DNA of 64,000 nt from the human T2T-CHM13v2.0 reference genome, Homo sapiens. Each line of letters opens with the position of its first letter. Position 1 is the first letter of the stretch. The notes under the pieces were generated by a model. It was not told the DNA's origin and did not search any database. It was given only the letters and a program-made list of their open reading frames with translations. Shown in pieces: positions 1-10,940 of this stretch. The position numbers and the translations under genes were made by a program. The stretch lies in NCBI RefSeq assembly GCF_009914755.1, contig NC_060946.1, one strand, 5' to 3'.

Positions 1-429
1 AAGGAACCATTGCCTGAAGTAGAATTGCTGGATCAAGACTACTTTTCCAAAAGAGGATAATAAACATGATCTCCTCTTTTGTTAATGACTTAGATCATTC
101 CTCTGAAAAGCCATTATTGCACATTGCTGAAATGTTCGCCTCTGCACTGGTTGGTCCCAGAATGCTAATCATTTTGAGATTTGTGCCTTCTTTCTTCTAT
201 TTTCTGCTTTCTTCTATTAGCCATGCCCGACCTGAAAGCCATCCCTTCCTCTTTAATGTACTATTTTTCTTCTAATGTGGATCTACAAAAACAGAGTTTG
301 GGCAGAGTCTAACAACAGGAACAAGAGAAGAAACAGATCCAAAGAGAGGGGCTTTGGGCCCAGAGATGTTCTAGAGTCAGTTCTCAGTGGTGAAGGCTGA
401 CTGTGCATCTCTCTTCCTAACTTCACTTG

Positions 430-570
430 CAGCCGTGTCGTATTGATAGCTTGAAATCTGCCACAGTGGGAGCATTTACACCATGGAAATTGGCAAACGC
501 TGCAAATCAAGAGTGTTAATTTTCGTTTTGTTTTTTGAGAGTTGGCTATTAACTTACCAGCATACTATTG
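430..570 (+). mobile_element. MER63A-like hAT fragment
   Basis: tagcttgaaatc...catttacaccatggaaattggcaaacgc...ttaccagcatac matches the recalled consensus. Related copies lie at 3085 and 61614. Confidence 0.65.
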
Positions 571-795
571 GCTTTAGTGCATGGCGTCTATATATTGGTA
601 TTTGTTGCTGGGCCGTTATTTAGACTGCCTTCTTATTTCTTAACTGTGTTCCAGGTGGGTAAAGGCAGCATAGCACTGAGTTCTAGATAACTGAGGGGAT
701 TTTGCACTTGGATTTGCTGTGCTAAGGTTTGGGTGGGGCTATTACATCTTGCCGGGCTGGGCAAGAGTGAACCCTAGGGGTCAACATCAGTAGCC

Positions 796-861
796 AGGAT
801 TCTGCCATAGGAAGCTTGGAGTGGAACTGACCTGCCCCCTTTCTCTCTGACTCCATGGCAG
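796..861 (+). ncRNA. MIR6817: pre-miRNA hairpin, 5'-tailed mirtron (miR-6817)
   Basis: 66-nt hairpin. CTGCCAT (802-808) pairs with ATGGCAG (855-861) and GGA (810-812) with TCC (852-854). The 3' end is the acceptor AG. The arms match my recollection of miR-6817-5p (UCUGCCAUAGGAAGCUUGGAGUGG) and -3p (UCUCUCUGACUCCAUGGCA). Confidence 0.85.
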
Positions 862-990
862 CTGGGTGAGCTATGAACAGGCCAACTGCAAGGGCGAGCA
901 GTTTGTGTTTGAGAAGGGCGAGTACGCCCACTGGGACTGGTGGACCAGCAGCCAGAGGACAGACTCAGCAGCCTGAGGCCCATCAAAGTG
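862..990 (+). pseudogene. CRYBB2P1: Exon homologous to CRYBB2 exon 4, frameshifted
   Basis: cag|C TGG GTG AGC... reads [34 protein letters not shown], then SA-A-stop (TGA 974-976). LSSLRPIKV continues in another frame from 964. Donor GTG|gtgagc at 991. The exon is 129 nt against the 133 needed. Confidence 0.95.
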
Positions 991-1109
991 GTGAGCCCCC
1001 TGCCATCATCCTACTTTCTCTCTCTGCCACCTTGGAGCAGGAGGTCCTGGGACCAGGAAGGAGCCCGCCCCTCTAGCATTGTGCCCCTTCTGATTGGTGA
1101 GGAACCTCC

Positions 1110-1200
1110 TCACTGGGTGACCTTGCAAAAGTCATTTTACTTCCCTGAGCCTCAGTTTCTTCATCTGTAAAATGGGCATATTGGTATCTACTGTCCTGAG
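1110..1200 (+). mobile_element. MIR SINE
   Basis: Core gtgaccttg...ctgagcctcagtttcttcatctgtaaaatggg. Confidence 0.8.
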
Positions 1201-1604
1201 GTTCCAATGTGCTTATTAGCTTGAGGGTTGTCACACTGCAACTCCAGAAGGCTCCAATCACAAGACTATGAAATGCTCCAGAGGGCACTATTCACATTCT
1301 ATTTTAGGTGGTTGGTGCCCGCCCCCCGCGCCCAAGGGTTGGGCAACTCCCGTCATTGCTCAATAACCAATAGCCATCAGAAATACTACAAGAAATTATG
1401 AGTTTGGGGCTGGAGGAGAAGGTGGTTTAGCTCTTCTTCAAGACTCGTGCCAGTGTGAGTTTTCAGTGCTTCTGAGATCCTGATTCTTACTAGTGTGTGA
1501 GAGTGTCAACTCTCAGGAAGGGGACAGGGCCCATCACTGCTCAGTTACACTCTCAAACCCTCCAAGCCCAGTCTAGCTCCTCCCAGGACCTACTGGAAGG
1601 TTGG

Positions 1605-1745
1605 AGAACACTGGACTTTGCACCCCACAGACCTGGGTTCCCAAGTTGGCTGTGCTGCTCCCAGCTGTGTGGCCTTGAGCACGTCATTTGACCTCTCTGT
1701 GCCGCACTTTCCTCATCTGCTAAATGGCATAAGAGGATTTTATGT
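1605..1745 (+). mobile_element. MIR SINE
   Basis: agacctgggttc...gctgtgtggccttgagc...tttcctcatctgctaaatgg. Confidence 0.75.
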
Positions 1746-1885
1746 CTGAGGGATAAGGGTTTTATGTGTAAAGGATGAGATGAGATAACTAAGGAAAATG
1801 TCATAGGGACAGGAGGATGGGAAGAGATGTAGAAATGAAGAAAAATCAAAGTATCTCAGGTGCCTATTAGAGGCACAGTTAGCCT

Positions 1886-2110
1886 GTGCATGTGTGTGTG
1901 TACATGTGTGGGTGTGCATGTGTGTGCACGTGTGTGTGTGCAAGTGTGCACGTGTGTGCACACATGTGTGGGTGTGCATGTGTGTGTACATGTGTGGGTG
2001 TGCACGTGTGCGCGCGCGTGTGTGTGCAAGTGTGCGTGTGTGCCTGTATGTGTGCACGCTTGTGTGGGTGTGCGTGTGTGTGTATGTGTGGGTGTTCATA
2101 TGTGGGTGGG
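1886..2110. repeat. Degenerate (TG)n / purine-pyrimidine alternating repeat
   Basis: About 225 bp of tgtg/tgca/cgcg units with a recurring acatgtgtgggtgtgca subunit. Confidence 0.95.
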
Positions 2111-2406
2111 TAGGTAGATCGTAGCCACCATTTATAAAAGAGAAACTTGAGGAGGAAAAAATGACATTTCAGAATCAAACATTCCCCAAAGTGTTGCAGA
2201 GTGTCTGTTACATGAAAATGGCCCAGTAGAAACTTAACAAACGGCTGTGATCCAACAGCAGTGGTCATAGACACGTAGTGGGTGCATTGGGAAGAGAGTG
2301 ATGTGTGGGACATGCTGATCCCAACTCTGGGGCATGAGCATGGGGTGGGAAGGCCAACCCTGGGCCCCCTCACCCATACTCACTTCCCCCCATCCTCTGC
2401 CAATAG

Positions 2407-2550
<144 letters not shown>

Positions 2551-3084
2551 TAAGTGCATTGCCAGCCCTGGCTCACCCTGCCCCAGGAACTGAGACTCTG
2601 GGGTCCTAAGTCCTGCTCTGCCCTGTACACGCTGGTGATCTTGCACACATCAATGTGCTCTGCTGACCTCTGGCTTCCCACTGGAAAGTAAATGGGAATT
2701 CTCTGCCCATAGGTGGCTTACAGCCGCTGAATTTCTTTCTAGAGCTGCCTTTGGGGAAATGGTATGCCTTTGGAGTGGAGAAACCTTGGCCTTAACCTCA
2801 GCCCCAGTGAGCAAGACATGTATGTCAGAGGGGCAAGTTGAGGCAGAGGGAGGATTAGGTTGAGGCAGGAGGGAAGGAATGAGTTGAGTAGTCTGAAAGC
2901 TATGAGAAGCAGGAGGACCAGCCCATGCTGCCTTTGACCACTTGTGTCCCTAAGTTTGGGAACAGGAGGTGTCATTTTCCACTGAATCGAAGTTCCTGGG
3001 CACATCGACCCTGGCCATCAGCAGTGAGGGATTTCTCATGGTAAAAAATTTGGATTCCATGGGGGTCCACAGATGAGCTTTGGG

Positions 3085-3588
<504 letters not shown>

Positions 3589-3649
3589 GCTTCTTGGGGT
3601 TTGTGAAACTCCTAAAATAGTGTGCAAAGTTCTGTGCTCCTATTCCCCT

Positions 3650-4110
3650 TCATTCCCTCATTCATTCATTCATTCATTCAATCTGTCAGTGCTGCCATAT
3701 GCCAGGCATTGTGTTAGGTGCCCAGGGTGAAGGAGATTAAAGAGATCTGGCTTCTGCCCTGTGTAGCCAACAGTCTAGAAGGGGCAACTGTTAATACTTT
3801 AAGAATCCACATGAATCTAAGCTACTTCCTTGGAGAAAAGATTCTTGAGCTGAGATCTCAAGGAACAGTAGGAATTGCAGGGGTAAAGAGGCCAAGGAAG
3901 AGCATCCCAGACAACGAGAGCAGCATGTGCAAAGGCCCTGTGGTGTGTGTGTGGGGAGCCTGATAGGTCTGAGAAACTCTACAAAGGCCATGGTGGCTGG
4001 AATGCAGAGATGTGGAAGCATAAGAATGAGAAGTAGAGCTGGAGGTGTTCACAGAGACTGGCCAGGCAGATCCTTGCAGGCCAGGCCTGTGTGACATTTT
4101 CTGGAGAGAA
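3650..4110 (-). mobile_element. L2 LINE 3' fragment
   Basis: (CATT)n tail, then tatgccaggcattgtgttaggtgc...cagcatgtgcaaaggccctg. Confidence 0.7.
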
Positions 4111-4563
4111 GACCAGCACTTTCATTAAGTAGCCCCTGGAACCTCTTTGATCAGAAGGCCCCTGGAACCTCCCCCAACTCTTCTTTGACTTTGCAGCCAG
4201 GCTTGGAGGTGGGATAAGACTGGAGGGAGATGGTTCAAAGGCCTGGCTTATTCTAAGCTTCAGTGAGCTTAAGATATCACCCCCTTGCTCTGACCCCAGT
4301 ACAGTATAGTACAGGCCTTCAGTCAAAATTTGCTTCAGGAGGCAGTGAGCTCCCCGTCAAGAGAAGGAAGAAAGCAGAGGCTCAATGCTGGAAGGGTGGG
4401 GTGGAAAGGGTGTCCTGCTTACCCTTGGGAAGTGGCAATGGTTGGGAGGCTTCACCCTTCCTAGTGGCTTATGGATGCTCTATCTCTCTCCCCTCACCTC
4501 TCTCTCTGTCTGCTTCTCTTCCTGTCCCCCTGGTTCACCCTCCCCTCCCCTCTGGCCCTGCAG

Positions 4564-4732
<169 letters not shown>

Positions 4733-4806
4733 TGCCCACCCCACCATGCCTCCTTCCCAGGACCCAGGTCTGCTGCCCAGGAACCCTCCAGACCTCCCAG
4801 AGAGTG

Positions 4807-4812
4807 AATGAA
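4807..4812 (+). terminator. Degenerate poly(A) signal (AATGAA)
   Basis: AATGAA lies 75 nt after the ancestral stop and is followed by GT-rich sequence. No AATAAA occurs in the proximal 3'UTR. I recall AATAAA here in CRYBB2. Confidence 0.65.
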
Positions 4813-4863
4813 GTGTGACTTGCAACTTGTCTGCTGTGGGTCTTTGATCTCCCCTGGCAGCTG

Positions 4864-4864
<1 letters not shown>

Positions 4865-4894
<30 letters not shown>

Positions 4895-4903
4895 CGTGTG
4901 TGT
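4865..4903. repeat. (TG)n microsatellite
   Basis: Direct TG run just 3' of the last exon. Confidence 0.95.
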
Positions 4904-5536
4904 GATAGAAATGAGAATTGGCAAGTATCTGGGCTATGAGTAGGGCAACAGAACCCTTACTGAGTCTTACGGTTCTGCAGCTTCTTAGCTCTTAACTGTG
5001 TGACCTTGGACACAGTGCCCAACCTCTCTGAGCCTTTGTTTCTTCACCTGACTTGCAATTCCCTTGCCTCTGAGTGTCTGGCTGGTCTCGAACCCCTGAA
5101 CTTGTGATCTGCCTGCCTCAGCCTCCCAAAATGCTGGGATTACAGGCGTGAGCCACTGCACCTGGCCAAACTTGAAGAAATTATTTCTAATCCCCGGTCA
5201 CAAAGAAATTCCCTAATAGATTTTTTTCTCTAAACTTTTTAAACATTTGCTGTTCACATTTGCGTTCTTAATCCTTCTGGAGCTGATTCTTGTATATAGT
5301 GTATGGTAGAGATTCAGTTTTTTTTTCTTTTTGGAAGTCCAGTGTCTTAAATCATTCATGAAGGAGTCCATTTCCTGCACTGTGGTGCAATGTCGCCTTG
5401 CTGATCTATCCCCTTCCCCACAGGTGGGGTGATTTTATGGGCTGTCTTTTCTGTTCCTGTAGTCTGTGTATCCCTGCACTCTTGCCAGATTATGTTAATG
5501 ACTATTGCTTTGTAGTCAGTGTTGAGGTCCCTAAAA

Positions 5537-5800
5537 CAGGGGCCCTCCACCCCTGGGCCTCCCGGGCCTCCCGTGGCCTGGAATGGGGGCTCCACAGCAG
5601 GAGGTGGGGATTACAGCCTGAGCCCCGCCTCCCGTCAGACCAGCGGCAGTATTAGATTCTCATAGGGGTGCAAACCCTATTGTGAACTGCACATGGAAAG
5701 GATCTAGGTTGCATGCTCCAATGAGAATCTAATGTCCCCTGCCCACAGCCCGTGAAAAATTGTCTTCCACAAAATCAATCCCTGGTGCCAAAACATTTGG
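5537..5800 (+). mobile_element. MER1B-like hAT-Charlie element
   Basis: attagattctcatagg...aaccctattgtgaactgc...ggatctaggttgc...tgtcttccacaaaa...ccctggtgccaaa. Confidence 0.8.
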
Positions 5801-5957
5801 CCCTATAACATGATTCTTCAGGAATGTTTTAGGTATTCTTGCCCTTTTAGGACTCCATTTAGAAGCATCCCCTCACATTTGGAAAAGTGGAAAACCTTGT
5901 TGAATGAGCTGAAGTGGTTAAAATGATTATCATAAAGGTAGAAACCAGTAAGTGCTC

Positions 5958-6332
5958 CATATACACCATGGAATACTATGCAGCCATAAAAAAATGAGTT
6001 CATGTCCTTTGCAGGGACATGGATGAAGCTGGAAACCATCATTCTCAGCAAACTAACACAGAAGCAGAAAACCAAACACCACATGTTCTCACTCATAAGT
6101 GGGAGTTGAACAGTGAGAACACATGGACACAAGGAGGGGAACATCACACACCGAGGCCTGTCAGGGAGTGGGGGACAAGAGGGAGAGAGAGCATTGGGAC
6201 AAATACCAAATGCATGCACGGCTTAAAACCTAGATGACAGGTTGATGGGTGCAGCAAACCACCATGGCACATGTATACCTGTGTAACAAACCTGCACGTT
6301 CTGCACATGTATCCCAGAACTTATAATAAAAA
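5958..6332 (+). mobile_element. 5'-truncated primate L1 (L1PA7-like) 3' end
   Basis: L1 ORF2 end and 3'UTR with A tail. Perfect 18-bp TSD agaaaccagtaagtgctc at 5940-5957 and 6333-6350. Confidence 0.93.
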
Positions 6333-6415
6333 AGAAACCAGTAAGTGCTCAATAAATGTTACTAACATCTATTTCTTCATTCATTCTTCAACCATTACCC
6401 ACTGAGTGCCTATTT

Positions 6416-6523
6416 GGATACTTGGCTTAGTACCTGGGTGATGAAATAATCTACAGCAAACCCCCATGGCATGAGTTTATAACAAACCTGCACATGTATC
6501 CCCGAACTTAAAAGTTAAAAAAA
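6416..6523 (+). mobile_element. Short older L1PA/PB 3' terminus
   Basis: tacctgggtgatgaaataatct...aacaaacctgcacatgtatccccgaacttaaaagttaaaaaaa. Confidence 0.8.
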
Positions 6524-6797
6524 CAGAATCTGCACAAGTCTAAGCTACTTCCTTGAGGAAAAGACTCGAGCTGAGATCTCAAAGAAGAGTAGAAGTTGCA
6601 GGGGTAAAGAGGCCAAAGAAGAGTGTCTCAGATGAGAGCGGCACGTGCAAAGGCCCTGTGGTGGGAGGAGCCTGGTAGCTCTGAGAAACTCCACAAAGGC
6701 ACGGTGGTGGCTGGAATGCAGAGATGTGGGGGCACATTGAAAACCTTGTTAAAGTGCTTAAAATGATTATCATAAAGGTAGAAACTAATAAGTGCTA

Positions 6798-6803
6798 AAT
6801 AAA
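6798..6803 (+). terminator. Candidate distal poly(A) signal (others at 6325-6330 and 6351-6356)
   Basis: AATAAA within a MIR/L2-type 3' tail (aagtgctaaataaatgttatt), followed by T-rich sequence. Confidence 0.5.
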
Positions 6804-6971
6804 TGTTATTCTCGTCCGTTTCTCCATTGATTCTTCAATCAATACCTATTGAGTGCCTGTTTCACTCCTGGAACTGGGCAGAGTAGGAATACAAAGTAAG
6901 ACAGATTCCCTGCCCCTAGAAGCTCTCACTGTGGGGGGATTGTAATAGTTTGAGAGTAGAGCAATGGTGAT

Positions 6972-7675
6972 TATTATGGGTTGAATGAGAACCCCCCAAA
7001 TTCATATGCTGAAATCCTAATCCTCAATACCTTAGAGAATGTGACCTTATTTGGAAACTGGGTCATTGCAAGTGCAATTTTTTTTTTAAGTGATAGGGTC
7101 TCACTCTGTTGTCCACGCTGGAGTGTGGTGGCACAATCATAGCTCACTGCAGCCTCCAACTCCTGGGCTTTCAAGTGATCCTGTTGCCTCAGCCTCTGGA
7201 GAAGCTGAGACCGCAGGCGTGTGTGACCACACCTGGCTATTTTTTTTTTTTTTTTAATTTCATGTAGAGATTGGGGGGTGGGGGGTGGACTCCCTGTGTT
7301 TTCCAGGCTGGTCTCAAACTCCTGGCCTCAAGCAATCCTCCCATCTTTGCCTCCCAAAGTGCTGTGACTGCAGGTGTGAGCTACCATGCCCGGCCAAATG
7401 TAATTAGTTATTTTAAGAGTAGATCACACTGGAGTAGTGTGGGCCTAATGGAACGTGACTGGTGTCTATGAAAACGGGAAACTTGGAGACAGGCACGCAC
7501 ACAGGGAGAATGTCATGTGAAGATGATGCTGGGGTGATGTTTCTGCAAGGCAAAGAGTGCCGGAGACTGTGGGCCACCCACCAGAAGCTAGGAGAGAAAC
7601 ACGGAGCAGATTCTCTCTCGCAGCCCCCAGAGGGACCCCACCCTGCCAAAGCCTTGACCTCGGACTTCTAGCCTT
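6972..7675 (+). mobile_element. MLT1B/C MaLR LTR containing a reverse AluJ (7078-7396)
   Basis: tatgggttgaat...gaatgtgaccttatttggaaa...ccaccagaagctaggagag...gacttctagcc. Confidence 0.8.
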
Positions 7676-8759
7676 CCTGGGGACTTCCTAGAGAATGCCC
7701 AGTCCTTCCTCCCTCTTCCTCCCCCTTCTGCGTGGGGAGTGCTCTGCGTGTCATCCCTACTCACCTCTCCTCGGGGCCTACAGTTACCTCCTCTCCTGTC
7801 TCCGCAGGACCCAGCCAACCCTTTCTTCCCGTCCCCAAGGCTCCACTTCCCCCTGCAGCCACCAGGTGTCAGCAAAGCATCATCCTTGGGGCTCATGGCC
7901 GGGTGGCCTGAGCTGCGCAGGCCCTGTAGGAGCCTTGGGTTTCAGGGGAACTAGTTCTTGGTGTTGGAGAGCCGGACTCAGCAGCCAGACTAGTCCCTGG
8001 GAAGTGGATTGGAGTCTGGCAGAAACAGGTAGGAAGCCACAGGGCAGCCCTAAGAGAGGCAGTGGAAACAGCCCCAAGTCAGGCAGTGGAGCCAGAGGCC
8101 CCTGGAGTCAGGCAGGACTAGAGTCAAGTCCCAGATCTCCTACTCATTGACCCTGTGACGGCAGGCAAATGACCTTACCTCTCTGAGACTCTCTTTCCTC
8201 ATCTGACCAAGGGCCATACGGGGGTTTTTATTCCATTGGTAATTCTCAGACACCTGGTCACCGAGCTGACACGAAGTAGTTGCTCAATAAATGACACCCT
8301 AGTTGCCTTTTCGCTCTTCATTCATTCATTGAATAGTGATTGGGGAATCTCTCCCACGCTGCCACTGCTCCATGTACCAGAGACACAAAGCAAAGGAGCC
8401 TGCCTGTCAAGCCTACCTTGTCACCTGTTGCCAGGAAGTCCTGCTCCCTCCTAGGGCAGCCCCTGGTTAGTGGAGCTGAGAGAACCCAAGATGCTGAGCC
8501 GTGGGGTGTGCATGAGAACCGGGAGGGAGGTTTTATGAAAATCAGGTACAGGTGCAGCCCCAGGCCAGGTCAGCTCAGAGGGGGTGGCGGGGTTGCGGGG
8601 GGCGGAGCGCAGGCAGGTGAAACTGGAGGAAATTGGAGATACAGCGGGAGGGAGGGGGAAAAGGTAAAACCTCTCACCACCTCCTCAACGCTTATGAAGG
8701 TCTGAAGCTTGCTTACTAATAATTTTAAACCCAAACTCAGACATCAGCCAATACTAAAT

Positions 8760-9200
8760 GTTTGCAAGGATTGGGGAACAAAAACTCTGAAGCGCTTCTG
8801 CAGTGATGTAAATTGGTGCCATCACTTTGCAAAAATTAGAATTTGACAGATTCTAGTAATGTTGAAGATGCAGAAATCTGGAGACCCAGCTATTTCTTCA
8901 CTGGGTGTTTACCCTGGAAAATCTCTCCCACATCTGTACCAGGAGATAGGTACAGGATGCTCAGAACAGCATTGTCTGTGCTAGCAAAAAACTGGAAATA
9001 ACCTACATGTCCATGAGAAGGGGAATGAGTAAATAATCAGCATGCAATAATATCATCATGCCACAGACAAAAGGGATACACAACACCTTACATATTCAAC
9101 ATGGGCATATCTCAGAAACATTCCCGGAGGTAAAACAAAACAAACAAAAAAAACAGGCAAGTTACAGAACAATGTTTGATATTTATAAGAATTTTTTAAA
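8760..9200 (+). mobile_element. Ancient L1ME-type 3' fragment
   Basis: gatgtaaattggtgccatcactttg...aaaaactggaaataacctacatgtcc. Confidence 0.6.
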
Positions 9201-9378
9201 ACATCTGTAGTGAGGGATCAGTTTTTGTATTTTACCTTTTTTGATACCTTATGGACTGAAAAGTTAGTAGAATATATAAAAATGAATTACCAGAAATGAA
9301 AATGAAAAATACAACAATCATCCCCAATTTAAAATTTTTATATTAACAGTTAAAACAGACTGTCAAATTATTAAAAGT

Positions 9379-9526
9379 CTTTTTTTTTTTTAAGAGACGG
9401 GGCGGGAGCGGGGGGGGGTCTCACTGTGTTGCCCAGGCTGGTCTTGAACCCCTGGCCTCAAGAGATCTTCCTGCCTCAGCCTCCCAAAGTGCTGGGATTA
9501 CAGGGGTGAGTCCACCATGCCCAGCC
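9379..9526 (-). mobile_element. Alu left monomer / FLAM
   Basis: Poly-T, then gagac...cctcccaaagtgctgggattaca...cccagcc. Confidence 0.85.
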
Positions 9527-9567
9527 AAAAGTTTCTAAAGTCTTAGTCTCTCTTTAGTCTCTCTCTC

Positions 9568-9828
9568 ATTTTTTTTGAGACAGAGTTTTGCTCTTGTTGC
9601 CCAGGCTGGAGTGCAATGGCACGATCTCGGCTCACCACAACCTCCGCCTTCCAGGTTCAAGCGATTTTCCTGACTCAGCATGTAATCCCAGCTAATTTTG
9701 TATTTTCAGTGGAGATGGGGTTTCTTCATATTGGTCAGGCTGGTCTTGAACTCCCGACCTCAGGTGATCCACCCACCTCGGCCTCCCAAAGTGCAGGGAT
9801 TACAGGCGTGAGCCACCGTGCCTGGCCT
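9568..9828 (-). mobile_element. AluS with internal rearrangement
   Basis: Reverse Alu, shortened around 9678-9694. Confidence 0.88.
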
Positions 9829-9906
9829 CTAAAGTCTTACTCTCAATTTCTGTGTTTATCTCATCGCAGATTGGTAACAAACAATTACCACCGACCAGAC
9901 TTTGAG

Positions 9907-10940
9907 TAGGTGTTGGCGAACTTTTTCTGTAAAGAACTGGGTAGTAAATATTTCACATTTTGGGGGGCAGTATGGTCTCTGGCAACTACTCAACCCTGCT
10001 GGCATCACGTAGAAGCAGCAGTAGGTAAATGAATGGGTGTGGCTGTACCTCTGTAAAACTTTATGAACGCTGAAATTTGAATTTCATTGTCATGTATTAC
10101 ACAGATTTTTTATTACTTTTTACATTTTAAAATATATTGATATTTTGGGGTAGATGTGATATTTTGATACACGTATACAATATATAATGATCAAGTCAGG
10201 GTAATCAGGATACCCATCCCCTCAAACATTTATCTTTTATCTTTTCTTTGTGTTGGGGACATTGCCCAACACAATTTTCCTCTTCTGGATATTTTGAAAT
10301 CTGTAAGACGTTATTGTTAACTATAATTTCCCTGCTGTACTATTGAATACAAGAACTTTTTTTTTTTAGGCAGGGTCTCACTCTGTCACCCAGGCTGGAG
10401 TGCAGTAGCGTAATCTTGGCTCACTGCAACCTCCGCCTCCTGGGCCCAAGCAATCCTCCCACCTCAGCCTCCTGAGTAGCTGGGATTACAGGCACGTGCC
10501 ACCATGCCTGGCTAATTTTTGTATTTTTTGTAGAGACAGCATCTTGCCATATTGCCCAGGCTGGTCTCAAACTCCTGAGCTCAAGCGATCCACCTGCCCC
10601 TGCCTCCCAAAGTGCTGAGATTACAGGCATCAGCCACAGTGCCCGGCCTGAATACAAGAACTTATTTCTTCTATCTAAGTGTATTTCTGTACCATTATCC
10701 AACTTCTCTTTCATCCTTCCCTCCCCACCTTCCCTTCCCAGCCTCTGGTAATCACCAATCTACTCTCTACCTCCATGAGATCCACTTTTTAAACTCCCAC
10801 ATATGAGTGAGAACACATGAGTTTCTTCCTTTGATTTTTCCCCAACCATTTAAAAATGTAAAAACTATTTGTATTTTATGGGTTGTATAAAATGAAGTAT
10901 CGGCCAGGTTTGTCCTACAAGCCATGGCTTGCTGACCTTT
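9907..10940 (+). mobile_element. MER58B-like element with nested L1MA (-, ~10110-10820) and Alu (-, 10359-10648)
   Basis: MER58 halves flank an L1MA 3' end. Alu TSD tgaatacaagaactt at 10344-10358 and 10649-10663. Confidence 0.75.

Noticed and set aside
1740-2373. His/Thr-rich and Cys/Val-rich ORFs
   Set aside because: They are translations of the TG repeat.
8575-8660. GC-box / G-quadruplex promoter candidate
   Set aside because: It is a short GC patch with only three closely spaced G-runs and no CpG island or other promoter support.
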